Assembly: GCA_930987745.1 (NCBI GenBank)
Contig: CAKNKX010000004.1
Location: 4,025-68,024, forward strand
DNA from: an uncultured Clostridium sp.
GTDB taxonomy: Bacteria; Bacillota; Clostridia; TANB77; CAG-508
DNA: 64,000 bases
Direction of reading: 5' to 3'
Notes under the pieces: model-generated
Told to the model about the DNA's origin: nothing
Seen by the model: only the letters and a program-made list of their open reading frames with translations
Database searches by the model: none
Shown: positions 41,055-52,708 of the stretch, piece after piece
Position numbering within the stretch: position 1 is the first letter of the stretch
Layout of the letters: each line of letters opens with the position of its first letter
Position numbers and translations under genes: made by a program

Positions 41055-43811
41055 ATGAGCATACTTAAAAAAATATTTAAAACTTATAGTGAAAAAGAAG
41101 TAAAAAGAGTAATGCCTATTGTTAAAAAAATTAACGAATTAGAAGGCGAAATCTCTAAATTAAGTGACCATGAATTAAGAGAAAAAACAAATTATTTTAA
41201 AGAACAATTAAAAAATGGAAAAACTTTAGATGATATATTACCAGAAGCTTTTGCTGTGGTTAGAGAAGCATCAAAAAGAGTTTTAGGTATGAGACACTTT
41301 GATGTTCAATTAATAGGTGGTATTATTTTACATCAAGGAAGAATTGCAGAAATGAAAACAGGTGAAGGAAAAACTTTAGTTGCAACACTTCCAGTATATT
41401 TAAATGCACTAGAAGGAAAAGGTGTCCATGTAATTACAGTAAATGATTACTTAGCAAAAAGAGATAGTGAATGGATGGGAAAATTATATAAATTCTTAGG
41501 ACTATCTGTTGGATTAGTAATTGCTGGAATGGATCCTAAAGCAAAACAAGCAGCATATAATGCAGATGTAACATACGGAACAAATAATGAATTTGGATTT
41601 GACTACTTAAGAGATAATATGGTTATATATAAAGACCAATTAGTTCAAAGAGATTTACATTATGCAATAGTAGACGAAATTGATAGTATTTTAATTGATG
41701 AAGCTCGTACACCACTTATTATTTCAGGTAGAGCAAATGAATCATCTGATCTATATAAAAAAGCAGATAATTTTGTAAGAAAATTAACACCAAAAGTAAT
41801 AGTTGAAGAAGATGTAAAAGATTATGAACAAGCAGAAGATAACGAAAAATATGACTATATCGTAGACTTAAAAGCAAAATCTGCATCACTTACTGGAAAA
41901 GGTATTAAAAAAGCAGAAGAAGCATTTGGACTTGAAAACTTCAATGATTTAGAAAACTCAACATTAGTACACCATGTAAACCAAGCATTACGTGCTCATG
42001 GAATTATGAAAAAAGATATAGACTATATAGTAAAAGATGGAGAAGTTTTAATTGTTGATGAATTTACTGGTCGTATCATGTATGGAAGAAGATATAACAA
42101 TGGATTACATCAAGCAATTGAAGCAAAAGAACATGTAAAAATAGCAGATGAGTCTAAAACACTTGCTACAATAACATTCCAAAACTTCTTTAGAATGTAT
42201 AATAAATTATCTGGTATGACAGGTACTGCTATGACAGAAGCAGAAGAGTTTGAAGAAATTTATAACTTAGATGTTGTTGAAATTCCAACAAACAAACCAA
42301 TGATTCGTAAAGATGAAAATGATGTTATATACAAAAATGAAAAAGCTAAATTTAAAGCTATTGTAGAAAGCATTAAAGAAAGTCATAAAAAAGGTCAACC
42401 AGTCTTAGTAGGTACAGTATCTATCGAAAAATCAGAAAAACTTTCTAAATTATTAAAATTAGAAGGAATAAAACATGAAGTATTGAATGCTAAATATCAT
42501 GAAAAAGAAGCTGAAATAATTGCACAAGCTGGTAAATTTGGAGCAGTAACAATTGCAACAAACATGGCAGGACGTGGTACTGACATTATGCTAGGTGGAA
42601 ATAGTGAATATTTAGCAAAAGAAGAAATGAGAAGATTAAAAATCTCTAATGAATTAATAAATGAAGCTGATACTTATTATGAAACAGATAATCAAGAAAT
42701 ATTAGATGCAAGAAAGAAATTTAAAGAATTAGTAGAAAAATATGAAGAGCAAATAAAAGAAGAAAAACAAAAAGTAATTGAAGCAGGCGGATTAAAGATA
42801 ATTGGTACTGAAAGACATGAGTCAAGAAGAATTGACAACCAATTAAGAGGACGTTCTGGACGTCAAGGAGATATTGGTGAATCTAGATTCTATATTGGCT
42901 TAGATGATGATTTAATGAAAATCTTTGGTGGAGATACAATCACTAAAGTATATAACACTTTAGGTGCAGATGAGAATATGCCAATAGAGTCAAAAATAAT
43001 ATCAAATGCGGTAGAAAGTGCTCAAAAGAAAGTAGAAAGTAGAAACTTTACAATCCGTAAAAATGTATTAAAATATGATGATGTTATGAATGCACAAAGA
43101 GAAATTATATATAAACAAAGAAGAGAAGTACTAGATGGTGAAAATATTCATGATAACATCATATCAATGATAGAATATGTTGCAGATAATCTTGTAAATC
43201 TATTTATCGAAGGAGAAAGTCAAGAGATAAATGAAGAGTCTTTAAATAATGAAATAATGAATATATTTGGAATGGATATAAAAGACTTTGTAAAAGAAAA
43301 CAAGAAAAATCCACAAGCAATATCAGACGAATTAAAGAAAAAAGCATTAGAAAATTATTCTGAGAAAGAAGAAGAAATTGGTTCAGATGATATGAGAGAA
43401 CTTGAAAGAGTTGTAATGCTTAAAGTAGTTGATGAAAAATGGATGAACCATATTGATTCTATGGATGAGCTAAAAAATGGTATAGGACTTCGTGCATATG
43501 GACAAAAAGATCCAGTTGTTCAATATAGACTAGAAGGATTTGATATGTTTGATGAAATGATTTCAGATATCAAAGTAGATGTAACAAAGATTTTAATGCA
43601 TATTAGGCGTCAAGGAGAAACAAAAAGACAAGAAACTGTTAAAATTACAGGTGCAGCTTTAGAGGCAATTCACAGTGTTGACGGAGGTTCAAAAATAGGA
43701 ACTGATGTTGATAGAACAGTAAGAAATGATGGACCAAAAGTGGGTAGAAACGACCCTTGCCCATGTGGAAGTGGGAAGAAATATAAAAATTGTTGTGGTA
43801 AAAACCAGTAA
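41055..43811 (+). CDS. secA: preprotein translocase SecA
   Basis: [40 protein letters not shown] and the SEC-C motif. Confidence 0.98.
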   Translation: MSILKKIFKTYSEKEVKRVMPIVKKINELEGEISKLSDHELREKTNYFKEQLKNGKTLDDILPEAFAVVREASKRVLGMRHFDVQLIGGIILHQGRIAEMKTGEGKTLVATLPVYLNALEGKGVHVITVNDYLAKRDSEWMGKLYKFLGLSVGLVIAGMDPKAKQAAYNADVTYGTNNEFGFDYLRDNMVIYKDQLVQRDLHYAIVDEIDSILIDEARTPLIISGRANESSDLYKKADNFVRKLTPKVIVEEDVKDYEQAEDNEKYDYIVDLKAKSASLTGKGIKKAEEAFGLENFNDLENSTLVHHVNQALRAHGIMKKDIDYIVKDGEVLIVDEFTGRIMYGRRYNNGLHQAIEAKEHVKIADESKTLATITFQNFFRMYNKLSGMTGTAMTEAEEFEEIYNLDVVEIPTNKPMIRKDENDVIYKNEKAKFKAIVESIKESHKKGQPVLVGTVSIEKSEKLSKLLKLEGIKHEVLNAKYHEKEAEIIAQAGKFGAVTIATNMAGRGTDIMLGGNSEYLAKEEMRRLKISNELINEADTYYETDNQEILDARKKFKELVEKYEEQIKEEKQKVIEAGGLKIIGTERHESRRIDNQLRGRSGRQGDIGESRFYIGLDDDLMKIFGGDTITKVYNTLGADENMPIESKIISNAVESAQKKVESRNFTIRKNVLKYDDVMNAQREIIYKQRREVLDGENIHDNIISMIEYVADNLVNLFIEGESQEINEESLNNEIMNIFGMDIKDFVKENKKNPQAISDELKKKALENYSEKEEEIGSDDMRELERVVMLKVVDEKWMNHIDSMDELKNGIGLRAYGQKDPVVQYRLEGFDMFDEMISDIKVDVTKILMHIRRQGETKRQETVKITGAALEAIHSVDGGSKIGTDVDRTVRNDGPKVGRNDPCPCGSGKKYKNCCGKNQ

Positions 43812-43865
43812 TATCAATGGGTATAGGGATTTCTAAAAACAAAAAAACACAGAAAAACACACAAA

Positions 43866-43953
43866 TTGTTGCCATTTTGTTGCCATATAAAAATATAATC
43901 GCTAAAACCATTGAAAATACTGAATTTTATCTTGGAGACAAGAATGGCGACAA
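43866..43953. repeat. putative integrase arm-type sites of an att region
   Basis: TTGTTGCCA twice (43866, 43877) and inverted TGGAGACAA / TGGCGACAA (43933, 43945) between secA and the integrase. Confidence 0.55.
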
Positions 43954-44041
43954 ATTGAAACAATTATAATAACCAAAAAGCTAACATATAGAAAGTGTTA
44001 GCTTATTTTTTATTTACCAAAAAAATTTGGAGGTAAAAAAT

Positions 44042-45307
44042 ATGGTTAGTGTAAGAAAAAGAGGAAATGTTTATCAGTATCAATTTGATGTTGCACCTGT
44101 CGATGGGAAAAGAAAAAGAGTTACAAAATCAGGATTTAAAACAAAAGCTGAAGAAGAAAAAGCTGGAACAATAGCATACAATGAGTATATGCAAACAGGA
44201 CATAATTTTGTACCTAGTACAATGTCCTATTCTGATTATTTAGATTATTGGCTAAAAGAACATTGTGAAATTAATTTGAAATACAATACAATAGAGGCAT
44301 ACAAGAATATTATAAAAAATCATATAAAACCTAATATAGGATTTTATAGATTGTCCCATATATCTACTTCAACTTTGCAAGAATTTTTAAATAAAATTTA
44401 TGTTGAGAAAGCCTTTTCAAAGAACTTTCTAAAAAATATTTTAAAAGTTTTAAAAACTTCTTTTAGTTATGCAACGGATAAAGTTGGATTCATAAAAGAA
44501 AATCCAGCACTTAAAGTTACTTTACCAAGATATGATATGCCTGATTCAGATCCTGCTCACATTTTTACAAAAGAAGAAATCGACACAATATTAAATAGGT
44601 TTAAAAAAAATCACGCAATTTATTATGCTTTTTTAACTGCTTATCATACAGGGCTTCGTGTTTCAGAAGTATTTGGGTTAACTTGGGAAGATATAGACCT
44701 AGAAAACAAGACACTATCAGTTAATCAAAATATCGTAAAGAAAAATCAAAAGGGAGGAACTAAAAAAAGACATATTAGTGGAAATTCAACTACAGTATGG
44801 TACTTTGGTAGTTGTAAAACTCCAAGTAGTTACAGAACAATAAAAATTGGAGATACTTTAGTTGAAGCATTAAAAAAATACAAGGAAGAACAAGAAATTG
44901 ACAAAGAAGAATATGGAGATTCTTATATGAAACATTATGCGAAAGAAGTAAAAAATCCTTATACTAATAAACCAGAAATTAAAATATTAAATGCTGTTGC
45001 TGAAATAGATGTAGCATTACCAGAAGTCCATTTAGTTTTTGTAAAAAGAAATGGTATATTTGAGGGAACAGACACTTGTAAATATCCATTCAAGGTAATT
45101 CATTATGAACTAGGCATTAATTGTAGATTTCACGATTTTAGAGATACGCACGCTACAAGATTAATAGAGAAAGGAGCAGATATTAAAGCAGTAGCAAAAA
45201 GATTAGGTCATAGTACAATAAGAACAACCTATGAAATTTATGTTAGAGTAACAACAGGAATGGAAGAAGATGTAGTAGATAAATTTGAAGATTATGTAAC
45301 TGCTTAA
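44042..45307 (+). CDS. tyrosine integrase (phage/ICE type, with arm-binding N-terminus)
   Basis: TGLRVSEV.GLTW, FHDFRDTHAT and RLGHS...TYEIY. Confidence 0.92.
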   Translation: MVSVRKRGNVYQYQFDVAPVDGKRKRVTKSGFKTKAEEEKAGTIAYNEYMQTGHNFVPSTMSYSDYLDYWLKEHCEINLKYNTIEAYKNIIKNHIKPNIGFYRLSHISTSTLQEFLNKIYVEKAFSKNFLKNILKVLKTSFSYATDKVGFIKENPALKVTLPRYDMPDSDPAHIFTKEEIDTILNRFKKNHAIYYAFLTAYHTGLRVSEVFGLTWEDIDLENKTLSVNQNIVKKNQKGGTKKRHISGNSTTVWYFGSCKTPSSYRTIKIGDTLVEALKKYKEEQEIDKEEYGDSYMKHYAKEVKNPYTNKPEIKILNAVAEIDVALPEVHLVFVKRNGIFEGTDTCKYPFKVIHYELGINCRFHDFRDTHATRLIEKGADIKAVAKRLGHSTIRTTYEIYVRVTTGMEEDVVDKFEDYVTA

Positions 45308-45391
45308 CTGGATTTTAATTAAATAATAATATTGAGCTATTTCAATTAAGAAATGGCTCTATTTTTTTACCTTAAATTAGGAGGAAACGAA

Positions 45392-45628
45392 ATGGAAAAA
45401 TATAATTTAATAAAATCAAATAATAAATCAAGGGTATATTCTAGAGAAACAGCACAAAAGAGTCTTATAAATGTAATACAAAGAATTAATGAAGCAAATA
45501 GAAATGATGAATTTATTTATAAAATTACTAAGGCAGTCTTATTTGGTTCGTATATAAATTCAAACAAAGAGAAGGTTGGAGATTTAGATATTGCAATATA
45601 TATCGAACTAAAAGTATATATATTTTGA
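45392..45628 (+). pseudogene. probably truncated nucleotidyltransferase-domain protein
   Basis: LFGSY...VGDLDIAI; ends shortly after the motif. Confidence 0.55.
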
Positions 45629-45663
45629 TAAATACAAAATAATATATGAGGAGGTGTGATAAA

Positions 45664-45765
45664 ATGTGGCAATTTCTTTTAGGATTATTTATAGGAGCGA
45701 ATATTTCACTCTTTCTATATGCAATCATACTAGCAGGAAAGAGAAGTGAAAATAGAGATGAATGA
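45664..45765 (+). CDS. 33-aa hydrophobic protein (DUF3789-like)
   Basis: GAGGAGGTG RBS; MWQFLLGLFIGANISLFLYAIILAGKRSENRDE. Confidence 0.55.
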   Translation: MWQFLLGLFIGANISLFLYAIILAGKRSENRDE

Positions 45766-46566
45766 AGAAAATAGAATTGGATATTATGCAATAATACCTT
45801 CTACAATATTATTCAATAAAAAATAAAGGCAAATGAAAAATTACTATATGCAGTTATAACAGTACTATCTAACAAAGAAGGGTATTGTTATGCTTCAAAT
45901 GCTTATTTAGGTAAACTTTTAAATGCACAACCACATACAATATCTAAATGGGTTTCTCATTTAAAGAGTTTGGGATTTCTTTGTTTAGATATTATAAAAA
46001 ATGATAAAGGAGAAATAATACAAAGAAGAATATATCCAAATGATACCCCCTATACGATAAATAGGACATACCCCTATTCGATAGATAGGACAGAGGGTAT
46101 GTCCCAAAAAGGACAATATAATAATATAATAGATAATAATATAAATAAGGAAAAGATAGATAGATTATTTAATTATATAATAGATAAAGAAAAAGAAATT
46201 CCAAAAGAATTTATAAATGTTGATTTTAATGAAATAAATGTTGCATTAAGAAGATTTGATATGTCATATCCTAAACCAATTCTAGATATAATGTCAGAAG
46301 AAAATTTGGAATCTGTAAAAAATATAACTTATATTATTGCATTAATGGTAAAAAACAAATTATTTTATTTATCTAATAAAATAACTAGAGATAAACTAAT
46401 ACAGGTATATAATGATTGTAAAGATAGACAAAAACAAAATGAAGGAACAGAAAAAAGAATAGAGAATTTTATCAATTATTTTTATAAAAGCATAGAAAAT
46501 GAATTAACGAAGGCAAGTAAAGAACCTTCTTTTTTTATGCCTAATAATGATGAAATTGAAATTTAA
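45758..46566 (+). pseudogene. phage-type HTH replication initiator, frameshifted in an A-run near 45820, with iteron-like repeats
   Basis: YYAIIP...EKLLY...NKEGYCYASNAYL; one A missing; repeats CCCCTAT.CGATA.ATAGGACA at about 46047-46093. Confidence 0.7.
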
Positions 46567-46762
46567 AGGAGGTGGTCTTATGCTCTAACTAAATAAAAAA
46601 AACAAAAAAATAAAAGAAAGACTAACTATTAATTGTCAATAGTTTTTCAAAAAAATTAAAAAAATTTTTGTTAGATAAAAAATTGCATGAGAAATAGAAG
46701 TTTTTAAGCCATTTTTTAAAAACTCCTGCAACCGTTGCGATATGTACTTTGAAAAATTTATG

Positions 46763-47547
46763 TTAGCTTAAATTAAAAGGTGTTTCATTAGTTAGAATCT
46801 TGAAGATAATTCTAACCAATTTGTTACAAACATGTCCTAATGCTACTCTATGAGTTTTACTTTGAGCACGTTTTGAAATATAGTAGTTGTGAAAAGTCTC
46901 ATTATTGTATATAATAAGAAAAGCAACTCTATAGATTGCATAGCGAAGGTAAGTAGAACCACGTTTAGAAATTTTCATTTTTATAAGTGAGAAATAGCTT
47001 TTGCAGAAGAATATTTTTCAAGCAATGCATAAGAAACTTTTAAATGCAAATTGCCTTTAAAGAAACTAGAAAGTTCTGGAAAAACAATATCTAAACAAGA
47101 TGTTAATTGAGTTTTAATTCTAGTTTGCTGTTGAATAGTTTCAAGTCTAAATCTTGAAAGACGTCTAAGCTTAATAATATTAATATCTTGAGAATTGACA
47201 AGGGAATATTTTTTAATCATAAGACATTGAACAATAAGTTTAGTGTCAATCTTATCAGTCTTAGTTTTTCTAATATTAGAATCACGAAGAGCATCAGTTT
47301 GAATTGGATTAATAAGACCAACTTGATAACCTCGTTCATATAGAAAATAGATAAGATTTTCTGCATAATGTCCAGTTGATTCTAGACCAATTAAGCAGTC
47401 CTGAAAATTCTCAATTTCTTCAACTAATTTCATAAAACCTTGACGAGAATTTTCAAAAGGAAAAGGTTTTACGATAACTTCACCATCTGAGCTAACAACA
47501 GATGCAAAGTGTTTAAATTTGGCAATGTCAATGCCGATGTAAACCAT
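46763..47547 (-). pseudogene. IS110 recombinase remnant
   Basis: IGIDIAK, GLESTGHY, KTKTDKID, then jumps to ISKRGSTYLR; middle missing. Confidence 0.85.
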
Positions 47548-47559
47548 AGTGTTTACCTC

Positions 47560-47800
47560 CTGTAATAAAATTTATCAACAACTGTGACAACACCCAACTA
47601 GTTTTATTACTTGTAACCTTGCACTAAATGAAAGATCAAAGTCTTATCTAACTAATTACCAATTAATAATAAAACTGTGGCAATATTCTTTCTTCAGTAG
47701 TTGAAACTACAAGGAGCTATAAGAGTCCACAGTGTTAACATAACAATTATATCATGGGATAATTGTTATATAAAGGTTTATGGGTAACCTTTTAAAAACC
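47560..47800 (-). ncRNA. putative IS110 bridge RNA
   Basis: Non-coding 5' end sharing blocks with 52460-52690; internal segments match the target and donor. Confidence 0.6.
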
Positions 47801-47830
47801 TAAATATATTATACAAGGAGTAAAGTAGAA

Positions 47831-48202
47831 ATGAAATTTAATGAAAAATTAATTAAATTAAGAAAAGCAGCAGGATTTTCACAAGAGGAACTTGGAAATA
47901 GACTAAATGTTGCAAGGCAAACTGTAAGCAAATGGAAATTGGGTGAAACAACTCCAGAGATGGACAAATTAGAAGAATTATCCAATATCTTTGGAATCAG
48001 TATAGATGAATTAGTAAAGGATGAGGCTATTCCTAATGTTATAACAAAAGAAATGAATCAAGAAAAAATTGATTCACTTTATAAAGATATTGGAACTGCT
48101 AAAAAAGGAATAAAAACATATCTAATAATTGTTGCAGTATTTTGTTTATTGTTTATAATAATTCCTTTAATAATATTTTTTATAAGAACAGTTTTGTTAT
48201 AA
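47831..48202 (+). CDS. XRE HTH regulator with C-terminal TM
   Basis: LRK..GFSQEELG..LNVARQTVSKW. Confidence 0.85.
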   Translation: MKFNEKLIKLRKAAGFSQEELGNRLNVARQTVSKWKLGETTPEMDKLEELSNIFGISIDELVKDEAIPNVITKEMNQEKIDSLYKDIGTAKKGIKTYLIIVAVFCLLFIIIPLIIFFIRTVLL

Positions 48203-48300
48203 TTTAATAAACTACAATAATTGAGGCAGATAAATTGAAATTATCTGCTTTTTATAATATAATCGTGATGTAAAAAAGAAATGTGAAAGTGAGAAATATT

Positions 48301-48846
48301 ATGAAATATATAGCGTTGTTACGAGGGATAAATATAAGTGGCAAAAATAAAGTTCCAATGAGTGAATTGAAATTAGAATTAGAAAAAAATAAATATCAAA
48401 ATGTTTCTACTTATCTTAATTCTGGTAATGTTATTTTTGAAACTGATATAGATAATAAAGAATCTATAATGGAAGATATTTATAAAATTATTAAAAATAA
48501 ATTTAATCTTGAAATACCTGTTTTTGTTATGACTGCATTTGAGCTTGAAGATATATTAAATAATAATCCTAGCTGGTGGGGAACGGATAATAAGGATATA
48601 TATGATAATTTGATTTTTATTATTCCACCTACAAAATATGAAGAAGTATATAATGCTATTGGAAATCCAAAAGAAGATATAGAAAAAATAAAAGAATATA
48701 ATAATTCTATATTTTGGTCGTATGATTTAAAAAATTATAGAAAGTCAAATTGGTGGAGCAAAACAGCAAGTACAAATATAAGTGATAAAATTACTATAAG
48801 AACTGCTAATACTATGAAAAAAGTATTAGAAATATGTAAAAAATAA
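48301..48846 (+). CDS. DUF1697 family protein
   Basis: YIALLRGINISG.NKVPM..L...V.TYLNSGNV. Confidence 0.85.
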   Translation: MKYIALLRGINISGKNKVPMSELKLELEKNKYQNVSTYLNSGNVIFETDIDNKESIMEDIYKIIKNKFNLEIPVFVMTAFELEDILNNNPSWWGTDNKDIYDNLIFIIPPTKYEEVYNAIGNPKEDIEKIKEYNNSIFWSYDLKNYRKSNWWSKTASTNISDKITIRTANTMKKVLEICKK

Positions 48847-48894
48847 TATAGTGTTTTATAGAAAAATAGTAACATTTGTATGGGAGTTTAGAAT

Positions 48895-49431
48895 ATGAGA
48901 TTAATTAATAAACAATATTTAGATAAATATAAAAAAGAAGATTATGTATGGTATGCTTGTTATGGCTCTAATATAAATTATGAAAGATTTATGTACTATA
49001 TAAATGGTGATATAGAAGGAAAATATAGTACAATAAATGGTTGCGAAGATAAGTCAGAACCAATAGAAGAAAGAAAATATATATTTGAATGTCCTATTTA
49101 TTTTGCTGGAAATAGCAAAAGATGGGGTGAAGGAGGTTTTGCTTTTTTAGATTATGAACATGAGGGAAAAAGTTATGGAAAACTATATAAAGTAAAAATG
49201 AATCAGTTTAAAGGTATATTAGAACAAGAACAAAGATGTAAATTATATGATGCAATATTGTTAGTTGATTATATTGAAGGTTTACCTGTTTTTACTTTTA
49301 CGGCTCAACATAAATTAAATGATTTATTGCAAAATCCAAGTATTCAATATGTTGAAGTGATAAAGAAAGGATTATTAAGTTTATATGATAACATGGACAG
49401 CAATCAAATAGATGCTTATTTAAAAAATTGA
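48895..49431 (+). CDS. gamma-glutamylcyclotransferase-like protein
   Basis: WYACYGSN motif; PS..Y...I..GL C-terminus. Confidence 0.55.
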   Translation: MRLINKQYLDKYKKEDYVWYACYGSNINYERFMYYINGDIEGKYSTINGCEDKSEPIEERKYIFECPIYFAGNSKRWGEGGFAFLDYEHEGKSYGKLYKVKMNQFKGILEQEQRCKLYDAILLVDYIEGLPVFTFTAQHKLNDLLQNPSIQYVEVIKKGLLSLYDNMDSNQIDAYLKN

Positions 49432-49465
49432 AATATTTAAGTAGACAAATTTTGATGAGAGTAAC

Positions 49466-49963
49466 TTGAAAGTGAAGGTGTTACATTTGAAAAAAATAGT
49501 TTTAAATCCAATTAGTATGTTTATTATAGGTTTATTGCTAGGAATAATTAGTAGATTATTAGATATTTATATTCAAAATTTAGGAAATATCTTTTCACAA
49601 ATGGCGATATGGATTTTATTTGGAACACTAATTTCAATATATAGTGAATCAAAGAAAAAAGCAATGATTAATATTTTTCCTTTTTGTATTGGTATGCTTT
49701 TAACTTATTATGTAGTAGCAATGATAACTAAAGGTGTTTATAGTAACATCATTATCATTGGTTGGACTATATTTGCATTTTTTTCACCAATACTTGCATA
49801 CTTCGCCTGGATAACAAAAGAAAAAGGAATATTACCTAAAATAATAAGTATAGGAATAATATTGATGTCTATATTTTCTAGCATTATATTGTTTGATGGT
49901 TATAGAATATATGATATTATAATTGATGGATTACTAATATACTTTTTATTTATAAAAAAATAA
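49466..49963 (+). CDS. multi-pass membrane protein
   Basis: Hydrophobic 165 aa ORF; start uncertain. Confidence 0.65.
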   Translation: MKVKVLHLKKIVLNPISMFIIGLLLGIISRLLDIYIQNLGNIFSQMAIWILFGTLISIYSESKKKAMINIFPFCIGMLLTYYVVAMITKGVYSNIIIIGWTIFAFFSPILAYFAWITKEKGILPKIISIGIILMSIFSSIILFDGYRIYDIIIDGLLIYFLFIKK

Positions 49964-50077
49964 AAAGATAGATAAATTATTAGAGTAGCAGTAGTTTTAA
50001 GAAAATGTTAAAAAGCATTGCTTGTAGCAACGGACAGTTCTTTATATAATAATTATAAAGAAAGGAGCTGTTTTAAA

Positions 50078-50587
50078 ATGTTAAAAGAAAACATTAAATC
50101 ATTAAGAAAATCAAAAAGATTTTCACAAGAAGAACTTGCTATAAAATTAAATGTAGTTAGACAAACAATTTCAAAATGGGAACAAGGATTATCTGTTCCA
50201 GATGCAGAAATGCTAATCAAATTGGCAGAGGTTTTAGACACAACTGTAAGCACTTTACTTGGAGAAAAAGTTACTGAAACTAAAGTAGATGATTTAAAAG
50301 CAATTTCTGAAAAATTAGAAGTAATAAATTTACAACTATCACAAAGAAAAAATGAGAGAAGAAAAATAATTCATTGGTTGTTAATCTCATTATGTTTAAT
50401 TATAGTTGGTATTTTTGTGGTTTTAATTTTATTAAATAGTCCATACTTAAATTGGGATTATAATGATCCAGAGAAAGCAGTTTTAGGAGTGGCTATTCAC
50501 TCTTTTGAGTGGATATTTATGAGAATAGCACCAATTATTTTTATTGGATTAGTTATTGGGATTTTCTTGACTAGAAAGAAAAACTAA
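50078..50587 (+). CDS. XRE HTH regulator with two TM segments
   Basis: SQEELAIKLNVVRQTISKWEQGLSVPD. Confidence 0.85.
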   Translation: MLKENIKSLRKSKRFSQEELAIKLNVVRQTISKWEQGLSVPDAEMLIKLAEVLDTTVSTLLGEKVTETKVDDLKAISEKLEVINLQLSQRKNERRKIIHWLLISLCLIIVGIFVVLILLNSPYLNWDYNDPEKAVLGVAIHSFEWIFMRIAPIIFIGLVIGIFLTRKKN

Positions 50588-50728
50588 AATATTCAATGAA
50601 AAAAGCTAGATTATAACCCATAATTTTACTATGTAAAATATATTTGATACTAATAATTCATAAATGTAAAATATATTTGGTAGAAAAAAATATAAGGAAT
50701 ATTATAATTATTGTGAAAGGAGGAAACT

Positions 50729-51136
50729 ATGGATTTAGGTAAAAAAATAATGACAATGAGAAACGAAAAAAATCTTTCACAAGAACAATTAGCCGAAAAA
50801 CTAAATGTAACAAGACAGACAATATCAAACTGGGAAAATGGTAAATTTTATCCAGATATAGATAGTTTAGTAAATTTAAGTAAATTCTTTAATGTATCAT
50901 TAGATGTTTTGTTGAGTTATGATGACAAAGTTTTAGATTATTTAAAGGATAGTACAGATATTGTTAAAAGTAATAAGAATATTTTATATGCAGTTTTGTT
51001 AAATATCCTGTTGATAATAGCATTTATAATTGTAGGAATAATTTTTAATGAAAGTGCTTCCATAATAATTATTATTTTTACAGTATCCATTATTAGTTTT
51101 TCATTTTTATTTTACCAAATTATAAAAAAGATATAG
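50729..51136 (+). CDS. XRE HTH regulator with two TM segments
   Basis: LSQEQLAEKLNVTRQTISNWENGKFYPD. Confidence 0.85.
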   Translation: MDLGKKIMTMRNEKNLSQEQLAEKLNVTRQTISNWENGKFYPDIDSLVNLSKFFNVSLDVLLSYDDKVLDYLKDSTDIVKSNKNILYAVLLNILLIIAFIIVGIIFNESASIIIIIFTVSIISFSFLFYQIIKKI

Positions 51137-51271
51137 GAGACCAACTATGAAAAGTCAATAGTTTTTTAGAAAAAAAGCAAAAATTTTTAGCATAAAAAAA
51201 GGTCAACTTTAATAGCCGTTTTTAATTAATTTTTTAAAAACGGATGAAAACATTGAAAATTAAATATTTAG

Positions 51272-52435
51272 TTAATCTAGGTTAAAAGCAACATTATCTT
51301 TTAACATTTTAAATATGACACGAACTAATTTATGAGCAACATGTCCTAAAGCACAATAATGTGATTTACCTTGAGAACGCTTAAGTTCATAGTATTCTTT
51401 AAATGTCTTGTTGTTTAAAACCACATTGTGAGCAGCATAAACAAGAGAATATCTAAGCATTCCCGAGCCACGTTTAGACATTCTAGTAGATTTTGCTTGA
51501 AAATTACCAGATTGGACAACAGATGGGTCTAGTCCAGAGTAAGCAAGTAATTGACATGAATGTTCAAAACGATTAATGTCGCCAATACAGCCAACAATAA
51601 CAGCAGCTTGATTGTAAGACATACCAGGAATTGTTAAAATAGGCGAATCCATTTCATCTAAAATAGACTTGTAAAGAGCCTCAATTTCAGCAATTTGCTC
51701 ATTGTAAAGTTCAATCTGTAAAATAGCATGTTTGATTTGTAAAGATAAGCTAGGATTATTAATACCAACAGAAGATTTAGCCAATTCACGTAAACGAATA
51801 GCATCTTGTTTTCCGTATCTACCATGAGAATTATCGTGAAGAATATTAGAAAGTTTAGTTAAATGCAAAGAAGAAATTTGTTTAGGACTTGAATATTCTT
51901 TCAATAATTGGTAAGATACATTTAGATGGATATTTCCTTTAAAGAACTGAGAAAGTTCAGGAAAAATCTGATCTAAATAAGATACTAATTGAATTTTAGA
52001 TTTACTTCTCATAGTAACTAAGTTACGACGTGAACGGCATAAGCCTTTGAGTTTTAAATTGTTGATATCTCTAGAAGTGATGAGAGAGTAATTACCCAAA
52101 GTTAGAGCTTTGATAATTATGTAAGTATCAACCTTATCATTCTTAGTTTTTCTAATATTTGATTTACGAAGATTAGCTGTCTGAATAGGGTTAATAAGTC
52201 CTATCTTGTAATTCAAATTGAATAAATAAGAAATGATATTTTCGCCGTAATGAGCAGTAGATTCTAAACCAATTAGTATCTTTGTTTTATCTAAAGATTC
52301 TAAATTAGAAATAAATTTTTGAAATCCACTGTTATCATTAGAAAACGAAAAAGGTTCTTTTACAATTTCTCCATCAGAGGAGATAATAGAAGCCCAGTGA
52401 GTATTTTTAGCAATATCAATTCCAACATAAAACAT
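51272..52435 (-). CDS. IS110-family DEDD recombinase
   Basis: VGIDIAK, GLESTAHY, KTKNDKVD, AYSGLDP...QSG and SKRGS. Confidence 0.93.
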   Translation of the reverse strand: MFYVGIDIAKNTHWASIISSDGEIVKEPFSFSNDNSGFQKFISNLESLDKTKILIGLESTAHYGENIISYLFNLNYKIGLINPIQTANLRKSNIRKTKNDKVDTYIIIKALTLGNYSLITSRDINNLKLKGLCRSRRNLVTMRSKSKIQLVSYLDQIFPELSQFFKGNIHLNVSYQLLKEYSSPKQISSLHLTKLSNILHDNSHGRYGKQDAIRLRELAKSSVGINNPSLSLQIKHAILQIELYNEQIAEIEALYKSILDEMDSPILTIPGMSYNQAAVIVGCIGDINRFEHSCQLLAYSGLDPSVVQSGNFQAKSTRMSKRGSGMLRYSLVYAAHNVVLNNKTFKEYYELKRSQGKSHYCALGHVAHKLVRVIFKMLKDNVAFNLD

Positions 52436-52459
52436 AAAAAGTACCACCTTTCAAAAAAT

Positions 52460-52690
52460 TAATAACTGTGACAACTTCCACAAGTATTCGTCCTCATATC
52501 CTTGCTAGACATAAAAATTCAAAGACTTATCCAACCAATAAATAATTAAAAACGAAACTGTGGCAATACACTCCTTGCAATAGTCAAAGCTATAAGGAAA
52601 ATCAAAAGTCCACAGTTACCACACTTAGATTATATTAAATATTAATAAAAATTTAAAGAAAGGAGTGTATGGTTATTTAAGTTATTAAAT
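52460..52690 (-). ncRNA. putative IS110 bridge RNA
   Basis: Blocks AACTGTGACAAC, AAACTGTGGCAATA and AGTCCACAGT shared with the other IS110. Confidence 0.6.
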
Positions 52691-52708
52691 ATATCATACA
52701 AGGATTTT

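Larger units (their letters stand above)
46619..47817 (-). mobile_element. IS110-family element, internally deleted
   Basis: AG core at both ends; split promoter halves; transposase N- and C-terminal parts only. Confidence 0.85.
51138..52702 (-). mobile_element. IS110-family element, apparently complete
   Basis: AG core at both ends; no terminal IRs; split -35/-10; intact recombinase. Confidence 0.9.

Noticed and set aside
45811-45830. Frameshift in the replication initiator as part of the CGG system
   Set aside because: It is a single missing A in an A-run with no CGG; ordinary mutation or sequencing error.
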